The notes below the pieces were generated by a model that worked only from the letters and a program-made list of their open reading frames with translations, did not search any database and was not told where the DNA came from. Below, one piece after another: positions 16,171 to 22,326 of a DNA stretch of 39,517 bases; position 1 is the first letter of the stretch; each line of letters starts with the position of its first letter. Made by a program: the position numbers and the translations under genes. This stretch comes from an uncultured Candidatus Saccharibacteria bacterium (GTDB taxonomy: Bacteria; Patescibacteriota; Saccharimonadia; Saccharimonadales; EFPC-124), in contig CAYTEG010000001.1 in NCBI GenBank assembly GCA_964436805.1, positions 1-39,517 of the forward strand, read 5' to 3'.

Positions 16171-16677
16171 ATGCGGAAGATCACCCCGACCACCAAGGCC
16201 AAGGCGAAGGCCAAGCTCAAGGCGCGCAACCAGCGTACCGCCCAGGCGAAGGCCGCGGCGCGCGGCGCGAAGTTCCGCCACTACAAGGGCGCGCAGCCGT
16301 CGACGATCGGCAGCAAGGCCAAGCCCGAGAGGGCCGAAGCCGAGGCTGTCCTGCCGACGCTGCCGACCCCCAAGCCGCCGCGCCCGCAGACCCCCGACTT
16401 CGCCGCCGCGACCACCGCGACGGAGCTGGCCCTCATCAAGGCCCGCGCCGCCAACGCCCTCGCCGAAGACCTGGCGCTGCCGATCGAGGAGCTCGACCTG
16501 TCCATCGGCGCCTACAACGAGGCCAAGCGGGCCGGCGTCAACATCGTCGGCGACCTGGTGACGCGCACGAAGCGGTACTTCACCGGCTTCAAGCGCATGA
16601 GCCAGCGCGCCGCCGACGACATCCAGGCTAAGCTCCTGGGCATGGGGCTCGACTTCCAGCCGCCCAAGGCTGCCTGA
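16171..16677 (+). CDS. basic protein with RpoA alpha-CTD-like helix-hairpin-helix domain (high-GC cassette 2a)
   Basis: 168 aa from ATG 16171 (GAAGGGA upstream; the ORF-track start is 16129). A Lys/Ala-rich N-terminus (KAKAKAKLKARNQ) is followed by a Pro-rich linker. The C-terminus PIEELDLSIGAYNEAKRAGVNIVGDLV...AADDIQAKLLGMGL parallels the RNAP alpha C-terminal domain (IEELDLSVRSYNCLKRAGI..V.EL...SL.EIK.KL..LGL). About 75% GC in a sampled line; all Lys codons are AAG. Confidence 0.7.
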   Translation: MRKITPTTKAKAKAKLKARNQRTAQAKAAARGAKFRHYKGAQPSTIGSKAKPERAEAEAVLPTLPTPKPPRPQTPDFAAATTATELALIKARAANALAEDLALPIEELDLSIGAYNEAKRAGVNIVGDLVTRTKRYFTGFKRMSQRAADDIQAKLLGMGLDFQPPKAA

Positions 16678-16697
16678 GTCGCATGTGTAAAGTGGGT

Positions 16698-16780
16698 ACC
16701 GGCTGCAGTTCGCATACTGCAGCCGGTCATCCATGAACTTATTTATAAAATACCCCACCAGGTTTTGGTGGGGTATTTTT
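16698..16780 (+). terminator. 12 bp perfect hairpin followed by an intrinsic terminator
   Basis: ACCGGCTGCAGT/ACTGCAGCCGGT (16698-16727). Then AAAATACCCCACCA / TGGTGGGGTATTTTT (16747-16780). Confidence 0.55.
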
Positions 16781-16793
16781 GTAGCGCGCCAGA

Positions 16794-16822
16794 TTGCTTA
16801 AAATTAGTTTTGATGATATCGT
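16794..16822 (+). promoter_or_regulatory. sigma70-like promoter of alpha-CTD-like gene 2
   Basis: TTGCTT (16794-16799), a 17 nt spacer, then TATCGT (16817-16822). The -35 hexamer is the same as for gene 1. Confidence 0.4.
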
Positions 16823-16864
16823 ATTACTGCAACAAACCACCCTCGACGCACAGTGAGGTACGGT

Positions 16865-17344
16865 ATGAAACAGCGTAAAAAGCCAAAGGAGCCCACTGCG
16901 CGGCACATGCGCAAGAAGGGCAACCAGACTGGCGGAGCGCCAGCGACAACCCAGGTTGTTTACATCATGGGCGGCACTGGCGCCGTGCAGCGTACGATCG
17001 CTGCCGCAGAGGCGCCGAAGAAAGGCAAAAAGGTCACGGCGAAGATCCCGCAGAAGCCGGTTGAGACACCGGTGGCCGAGCCGGCACCCGCCGCCGAGGT
17101 GCCCATCGCCGAAATGAGCTTGGCCGACAAGCTGGCGCAGCCGATCTCTGTGCTAGACCTCGACCTCCGGGTCTACAACAAGTTGGCGTTCCGCGGCTAT
17201 CAGACCATCGGCATGCTCACCGAGCGAGCAGCCGGCGATCTGTACGTGCGGCACACGTTCAGCGAGAGGTCGATCGCCGAGGTTCGCGCCAAGCTCGCCG
17301 CCATCGGCTTGACCCTCAAGGGCGAAACGCTGCCGGAAGCATGA
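16865..17344 (+). CDS. basic protein with RpoA alpha-CTD-like helix-hairpin-helix domain (high-GC cassette 2b, paralog of 2a)
   Basis: 159 aa from ATG 16865 (GAGG upstream). A basic N-terminus (KQRKKPKEPTARHMRKKG) and a Pro/Ala-rich linker. The C-terminus is PISVLDLDLRVYNKLAFRGYQTIGMLT...SIAEVRAKLAAIGLTL. Confidence 0.7.
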   Translation: MKQRKKPKEPTARHMRKKGNQTGGAPATTQVVYIMGGTGAVQRTIAAAEAPKKGKKVTAKIPQKPVETPVAEPAPAAEVPIAEMSLADKLAQPISVLDLDLRVYNKLAFRGYQTIGMLTERAAGDLYVRHTFSERSIAEVRAKLAAIGLTLKGETLPEA

Positions 17345-17354
17345 CTGCCCGGCC

Positions 17355-17388
17355 GGGTACTGGTTGCACCACGACGCAACCAGTACCC
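17355..17388 (+). terminator. 13 bp perfect GC-rich hairpin after cassette 2b
   Basis: GGGTACTGGTTGC (17355-17367), a loop, then GCAACCAGTACCC (17376-17388). Confidence 0.45.
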
Positions 17389-17410
17389 GCCCCTTAAAAA
17401 ATAGCATCCA

Positions 17411-17452
17411 AAAAAAATACCCCGCTCACTTTTTGCGAGCGGGGTATTTTTT
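17411..17452. terminator. bidirectional intrinsic terminator shared by cassette 2b (+) and rpsP (-)
   Basis: A7-ATACCCCGCTC, a loop, then GAGCGGGGTAT-T6. Confidence 0.55.
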
Positions 17453-17846
17453 ATTCTTCGGTTTTTTCTTCGGTGGCTTCTGGAGCCGCTTCTTCGGCCG
17501 GAGCTTCAGCCTCTACCGGCTTGGCTTCTTCTTTTGGCTGGTCTTTACGCAGCTTTTCGGCGTGGCGGATTTTGCCTTCGTTTTTGTCGGCCTTTTTTAC
17601 CCAGGCTGGCAGCGCGACTTTGTCGGCCTCGAGCAAGCGCACCACGCGAGGTGATGGCTGCGCGCCATTTTTAAGGTAAAATTCGATCTTTTCTTTGTCG
17701 AGTTTAGCCTCTTTGGTGTGCGGGTTGTAGGCGCCAACATAGGCGACCACACGGCCGCTGCTGGGGTGGCGTTGCGATTCTTGTACGGCGACACGGTATA
17801 CCGGCATTGCCTTGCGGCCGAGACGTTGCAAACGAATTGCGAGCAT
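17451..17846 (-). CDS. rpsP: 30S ribosomal protein S16 with Lys/Glu/Ala-rich C-terminal extension
   Basis: MLAIRLQRLGRKAMPVYRVAV...NPHTKEAKLDKEKIEFYLKNGAQPS is canonical bS16. 131 aa, with about 45 extra C-terminal residues. Confidence 0.92.
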   Translation of the reverse strand: MLAIRLQRLGRKAMPVYRVAVQESQRHPSSGRVVAYVGAYNPHTKEAKLDKEKIEFYLKNGAQPSPRVVRLLEADKVALPAWVKKADKNEGKIRHAEKLRKDQPKEEAKPVEAEAPAEEAAPEATEEKTEE

Positions 17847-17887
17847 GTAGTAATAATCCTCTTAATCTTATAAGTAAACTGCTACAC

Positions 17888-17916
17888 ATTTTACAGGGAA
17901 TAACCCCAGTTGTCAA
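17888..17916 (-). promoter_or_regulatory. consensus sigma70-type promoter of rpsP
   Basis: The minus strand reads TTGACA (17916-17911), a 17 nt spacer, then TAAAAT (17893-17888). A GGTGCGC/GCGCACC hairpin precedes it and closes the upstream high-GC ORF. Confidence 0.5.
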
Positions 17917-17946
17917 ATGAGGGGGAGGTGCGCCGGGGAGCGCACC

Positions 17947-18444
17947 TCACCACCTTCCATAGAACCGGCACAACCTGTTGCGGACGACAGCGGGTACATA
18001 TACGATCACGTTGCCAATCCGCCGGCCATCCGCAACGGTGTGGCCGCGCGGGTTTAGGGCTACCTGCGCTGGTACGCGCCGGCCGGTGACTGGATCCCAC
18101 ACCAGTAACCGGCCGTTGCCTGCCTCGGGCACAACTTCGTACATGAGGCGCACAAACGCCCATTCGGCCAGCTTTTCGCTGCCGCGCGGAAAGGGCCGCA
18201 GCACCCGGTACCCGTGCCTGCCAACCCGCCGCCCGGGCATATGCGTAACCACCGCAATTGCCTCGTTGCTCAGGCCAACTAAAAGGTCGTAGTCGGGCGT
18301 TACCGTTATTGGTGATGCGTCGTCCAAAAAGCCTTTGCCCACCTGGTATGGGTGGCGCATATATGCCTTAACGCACCACTCATCGTCGTCGGGGTACTGC
18401 GAAAGTGCCTCGACTAACTCCTGAGTTGTCCGCAGGAGTGCCAT
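17947..18444 (-). CDS. hypothetical protein (high-GC cassette 3)
   Basis: 165 aa with GGAG 7 nt upstream of the ATG. GC-rich with G/C-ending codons; Arg/Pro/Gly/Val-rich; no domain recognised. A possible promoter GTGACA-17-TATACT overlaps the rnc stop. Confidence 0.6.
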   Translation of the reverse strand: MALLRTTQELVEALSQYPDDDEWCVKAYMRHPYQVGKGFLDDASPITVTPDYDLLVGLSNEAIAVVTHMPGRRVGRHGYRVLRPFPRGSEKLAEWAFVRLMYEVVPEAGNGRLLVWDPVTGRRVPAQVALNPRGHTVADGRRIGNVIVYVPAVVRNRLCRFYGRW

Positions 18445-18486
18445 GATTGCTCCGTTCTATAGGCGCACAAAAAGTATAAGCGAAGG

Positions 18487-19191
18487 TTATTTTTTTGTCA
18501 CGTAAGTGGCGAGCGCCGCTTTGGCCGCTTCTTGCTGGGCGATCTGCTTAGAGGGGCCACTGCCCTTACCCTTTAGCTTGCCAGCAACGTACACGCCGAG
18601 CACGAACATTTTGTCGTGGTCGGGGCCGGTTTCTTCGATAACTTTGTAGATCGGCGTTTGGCCGTCAGTGCTCTGGGCGACTTCTTGCAGCCGGGATTTA
18701 GGGTCGCGCCACGATCCGGTATCGAGGATGTCTTTAAACGTGCTCAAAATATTTTTATGGATAAATTCTTTGGCGACGTCGTAGCCTTGGTCGAGGTAAA
18801 TTGCGCCAGTCACGGCTTCGAACGCGTTGGCTAAAATTTGGTCGCGCGCCCGCTGCGACCCGTGTTTTTCGCCGCGACTCAGACGCATCAGCTGGCCTAA
18901 ATCGAGTTTTGCACCGGCCGCGCCGATTGATTCGGTGCGCACCAAAGCCGCGCGCCAGTTGGTTAAAATACCTTCGGGCTCGCTGTAGTTGCGGTATAAA
19001 TATTCGGTGACCACAAGCTCAAGCACGGCGTCGCCTAAAAATTCGAGCCGTTCGTTGTGTTCTTTGGCGCTTTTTTTGTGCTCGTTCATGTACGAGCGGT
19101 GCGTTAAGGCCGTTACTAACAGTTCGGGGTCTTTAAAGGTAAACCCGAAGGTTGTTTTGGCGAACGTTTGGTAAAGGTTATAATCCTGCAT
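18487..19191 (-). CDS. rnc: ribonuclease III
   Basis: RNase III signature ERLEFLGDAVLELVV and a C-terminal dsRBD (GPDHDKMF...GSGPSKQIAQQEAAKAAL). Confidence 0.93.
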   Translation of the reverse strand: MQDYNLYQTFAKTTFGFTFKDPELLVTALTHRSYMNEHKKSAKEHNERLEFLGDAVLELVVTEYLYRNYSEPEGILTNWRAALVRTESIGAAGAKLDLGQLMRLSRGEKHGSQRARDQILANAFEAVTGAIYLDQGYDVAKEFIHKNILSTFKDILDTGSWRDPKSRLQEVAQSTDGQTPIYKVIEETGPDHDKMFVLGVYVAGKLKGKGSGPSKQIAQQEAAKAALATYVTKK

Positions 19192-19684
19192 GCCTTACTT
19201 TTTTCATCGCCATCAGCACCAATTTGCTAATGTCTTCGTATTCAATCATATCAAGTGCTTCGTGAACTTTAAACCAGCCAATACCGTTCATCCATTCTTC
19301 TTTTTTGAGGTCGTCGGTGTCGCCTTTTGCCCATACCAAATAAATTTGGGTGGTCATAAGCACCAAGCTAGTTTGGCGGCGGTAGCGAAAGTGGATTTTG
19401 CCCAGCCAGGCCATCATGTCCATTTCTTTGAGGCCGGTTTCTTCCTGGATTTCGCGCTCGGCGGTTTCTTTTGCGGTCTCGCCTTCTTCGATGTGGCCTT
19501 TGGGGATCGTCCAGCGGTCTTTGGCGTCTTGCGTCAGCAGCATTTCGAGCTCTTTGGTGTCTTTATTGCGGCGCAGCACAACACCGCCAGCAGTCTGCTC
19601 GCGGATTACTTCTTGGATAATAGGTTTTTTGCGTGCAAAGTATTTGCGGAACCGCTCAAACTTTGGCACTTGCATTGCTGCCAT
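19178..19684 (-). CDS. NUDIX hydrolase
   Basis: Perfect Nudix box GHIEEGETAKETAEREIQEETGL (Gx5Ex7REUxEExGU). Confidence 0.85.
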   Translation of the reverse strand: MAAMQVPKFERFRKYFARKKPIIQEVIREQTAGGVVLRRNKDTKELEMLLTQDAKDRWTIPKGHIEEGETAKETAEREIQEETGLKEMDMMAWLGKIHFRYRRQTSLVLMTTQIYLVWAKGDTDDLKKEEWMNGIGWFKVHEALDMIEYEDISKLVLMAMKKVRHAGL

Positions 19685-20123
19685 CGGTGTTTCCTTCGAT
19701 CAGCGTGCGGTACGCGGTACCAAGCACGCCGTTGATAAACTTCGAGGAGTTATCCGAACCAAACGCTTTGGCAAGCTCGACCGCTTCGTTGATCGCCACT
19801 TTGGGCGGGACTTTGTCGGTCATTTTTGTCAGTTCAAACAATGCAATGCGCAGCACTACAAGGTCGATCCGGGCAATTTGGGCAAGCGGCCACTCGGGCG
19901 CTATTGGTTGGATAATGGCATCAAGGTCGTTTTTGTCTGCGTCGGCGCCGTGCACAAGCTGCGTGACAAATGTTTTGTCTTCGACGGTTTCGTCGTAACG
20001 CTCAAGATTGCGCGCCAAAATCTCATCGAGGTCAGCGCTTGCGTCAGCCGAAGCCAACCTAAACTCGTACTCGTAGAGCGTTTGCAGCGCGATAATGCGG
20101 CCAAGATGACGGTTTGATGCCAT
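19656..20123 (-). CDS. nusB: transcription antitermination factor NusB
   Basis: 155 aa. N-terminus RIIALQTLYEYEF and C-terminus INEAVELAKAFGSDNSSKFINGVLG, typical of NusB. Confidence 0.87.
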   Translation of the reverse strand: MASNRHLGRIIALQTLYEYEFRLASADASADLDEILARNLERYDETVEDKTFVTQLVHGADADKNDLDAIIQPIAPEWPLAQIARIDLVVLRIALFELTKMTDKVPPKVAINEAVELAKAFGSDNSSKFINGVLGTAYRTLIEGNTDGSNASAKV

Positions 20124-20162
20124 ATATATTGAAGTTTGTTAAAGATTACTAATTACGGGGAA

Positions 20163-20336
20163 CTACTTTGTTGCAGCTTTGGTTTTGCTACCTGATTCGC
20201 GGCGGGTCGTAAAGGCTTTTACCTTGCTACCAGCTTTCGAAAGCAGGCCATTTACCCGGCGGGCGAGGTCAACACGCAAGTGACTCTGGCGCAGGCCAGT
20301 CTTGCGGGGTGAGGTCTGTTTTTTTGGTTTACCCAT
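20163..20336 (-). CDS. rpmF: probable 50S ribosomal protein L32
   Basis: Below the ORF-track size cutoff. The minus strand ATG at 20336 is preceded by AAGGAGG. It encodes 57 aa MGKPKKQTSPRKTGLRQSHLRVDLARRVNG..., which fits the bL32 N-terminal pattern (P-K-[KR]-x-T-S-x-x-[KR]...R-x-S-H). Confidence 0.55.
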   Translation of the reverse strand: MGKPKKQTSPRKTGLRQSHLRVDLARRVNGLLSKAGSKVKAFTTRRESGSKTKAATK

Positions 20337-20513
20337 ATAAAGGAAACCTCCTTATGGTTTATCTGTAATAACTTGACGTTAATTATAAAGCAAACATGCT
20401 TTTTGGGCAAGGATATGTTGCTAAATTGTGTATTTTATGGCAATATATGTCTAATACGTCCGTCGCAATTTGGTGGCCGTAAACCGCACATCCACACCCG
20501 AGGGGGAACCTGC

Positions 20514-21086
20514 ATGACAAGCCTCACCGCCCTGCCGGCAACAGGCAAGCAGACAACGCCGCCGGAGCTCCTGGAGCGTTCGCTCTGGGAGCGCGCCATC
20601 AACGGTGAACGCGCCCTGCGCGCCATCCGTGAGGATCCGCACTGGAAGGGCAGCACGGCCACCCTGGCCGAACGGCAGACCGCCGCCTGGGGTGCCCTGG
20701 CGCGGCTCTTCGCCGCGACCGACACCGGCCAGAACGACGCGGCCATCGTCGGCGCCTGCGACCCGCTGCTGCTGTTCAACCTCGGCAGGTCGGCCGACTG
20801 GCAGCGCTTCACCGACCTGCAGCGGCTCATCGGCATGATCGTCGACGTGCTGCAGCCCGTGCCCTACGCCGACAACCCCGAGCACGTCTGGGGGCCGTTC
20901 CTGGCGCTCATCGAGGCCGTGCGCAGCGATGACGAGGAGGCCACCCGGCTGCACCTCGACACGCTGGCCGCACTGCCGCCGAGCGGCCCGGCCGAGATGC
21001 CGAACCGGCGCTGGTGGGCTCAGCGGGTGGCGAACTACATCACCCTGGTCAACGACCACGGCCTGCCGATGGGCACCCGCGTCTGA
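20514..21086 (+). CDS. hypothetical protein (high-GC cassette 4)
   Basis: 190 aa from ATG 20514 (GAGGGGGA upstream). The ORF-track 5' extension to 20373 is AT-rich and looks like a promoter region (TTGCTA-17-CAATAT near 20419-20447). Ala/Leu/Arg/Trp-rich and predicted helical; no domain recognised. Confidence 0.6.
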   Translation: MTSLTALPATGKQTTPPELLERSLWERAINGERALRAIREDPHWKGSTATLAERQTAAWGALARLFAATDTGQNDAAIVGACDPLLLFNLGRSADWQRFTDLQRLIGMIVDVLQPVPYADNPEHVWGPFLALIEAVRSDDEEATRLHLDTLAALPPSGPAEMPNRRWWAQRVANYITLVNDHGLPMGTRV

Positions 21087-21108
21087 CGCAGGCATACTGG
21101 AAGTGCGG

Positions 21109-21146
21109 AAAGCCGTATCCCCTAAAGTGGGGTACGGCTTTTTGCT
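21109..21146 (+). terminator. intrinsic terminator after cassette 4
   Basis: AAAGCCGTA(T)CCCC, loop TAAAGT, then GGGGTACGGCTTTTT. Confidence 0.55.
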
Positions 21147-21201
21147 TTAGCGACTATGGTACTATAATCATAAGCGTTACTTAACAGCAGGAAGTATCAT
21201 T

Positions 21202-22290
21202 ATGAAATCAGCCCGCCGTATACTCATGTTAATTTTTGGGGTAGCCATTGTTCTACCGGTAATCATCATACTATTTGTTCCTATCCCCGAAAATCTTACG
21301 ACTATCAGAACACAAGAATACAAAGTCGCAACTGCCGCGGTAAGCGTCGTGGCGTGGTTGTATGCTGGCGCCGTTATTTTGTTCCTCACAGGCCTAAGGG
21401 GCTTTAAAGAACAATTTCGGCGCGCCTACAAAGCGATTTGTGTTGGCCTTGCCCTGTACGGCGTGAGTTTTTTGCAGTTTCCTGTTATCGCCACATTTAA
21501 CCTGTGGGATAGCCCGTGGGCGCAAAACGGCGGCAAGGCGCTCCCCTTAATTATTGCAAGCGTCGCCATTTTTACCGGCCTGCGGCAGTTTGCGCTGGCG
21601 CTTAACATACGCAGCCGGCTGACGAATTTTAGCATTTTAGCGCTCGTGCCACTTATTGCCATCCCCGGCGGCTGGTTAATCGAAGAATCGCAGCGTATTT
21701 CACTTATTGGCGACTTGCTTTGCGTGACCATAACCACCATTTTGGTGTTGCTTGCAATTCGCATCCAACGCGCCGCAGGCCCGGCGTATAAAAAGTCGCT
21801 GCGGTGGCTTTCGATTTTGCTTATAACCAATCTTACGGCTATGGCATTGCCGCCGATTATCCATATTTTGCATATTACCGAAGGCGCTTTTGTGACGCTT
21901 CCGTTTATGATCGCCAGTATTTTAAGTGTTGTTGCAGGGTACAGCTTTAATAAAATCGGCGAATCGTTTACGCTCAGCGACACAACGTTTAAGGGCGAGG
22001 CAAGAGCTGTCGATGTCGTACTATACCTTTCGTCACTTGCTTCTGACGCCAAAGCAGTCGCCCCGCTGCTTGATGACCTGCGGATTATTACAGCAAAAGC
22101 ACCAACCGATAGGCAGTTGTCTGACGGCGAACAGCAAACACTGGCAGGCATATACCGCCAGCTCATTACTTACCTGGCCGAGCAAGACCCTTTACACGTT
22201 TTCGACCGGCCGCTCTTGATAAATAAAATACAAAAACGTTTTGCAAACAAGCGGGCAAACGAAGCCATTTTTTGGCAAAGTATCGCCTAA
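21202..22290 (+). CDS. hypothetical polytopic membrane protein (AT-richer than the backbone)
   Basis: 362 aa with about 7-8 TM helices and a soluble tail of about 110 aa. A sampled line (21241-21300) is 40% GC. No family recognised. Confidence 0.62.
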   Translation: MKSARRILMLIFGVAIVLPVIIILFVPIPENLTTIRTQEYKVATAAVSVVAWLYAGAVILFLTGLRGFKEQFRRAYKAICVGLALYGVSFLQFPVIATFNLWDSPWAQNGGKALPLIIASVAIFTGLRQFALALNIRSRLTNFSILALVPLIAIPGGWLIEESQRISLIGDLLCVTITTILVLLAIRIQRAAGPAYKKSLRWLSILLITNLTAMALPPIIHILHITEGAFVTLPFMIASILSVVAGYSFNKIGESFTLSDTTFKGEARAVDVVLYLSSLASDAKAVAPLLDDLRIITAKAPTDRQLSDGEQQTLAGIYRQLITYLAEQDPLHVFDRPLLINKIQKRFANKRANEAIFWQSIA

Positions 22291-22293
22291 AGT

Positions 22294-22326
22294 AATTACA
22301 GCCACGCCAAGCATGTGGCTGTAATT
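22294..22326. terminator. bidirectional hairpin between convergent genes
   Basis: AATTACAGCCAC (22294-22305), a 9 nt loop, then GTGGCTGTAATT (22315-22326). Confidence 0.5.

Noticed and set aside
16120-16758. A long minus-strand ORF (212 aa) and alternative plus-frame ORFs (16064-16561, 16107-16631) over alpha-CTD-like gene 1. Similar antisense ORFs occur at 20451-21095, 25566-26300 and 38906-39517.
   Set aside because: All are Arg/Gly/Pro-rich translations of GC-rich sequence with no start signals. The chosen frames have RBS sites, recognisable domains or signal peptides, and consistent codon bias.
19190-20117. Plus-strand ORFs 19190-19735 (181 aa) and 19398-20117 (239 aa).
   Set aside because: They are antisense to the well-supported NUDIX and nusB genes, have no motifs, and have Phe/Val/Arg-rich composition typical of antisense translation.
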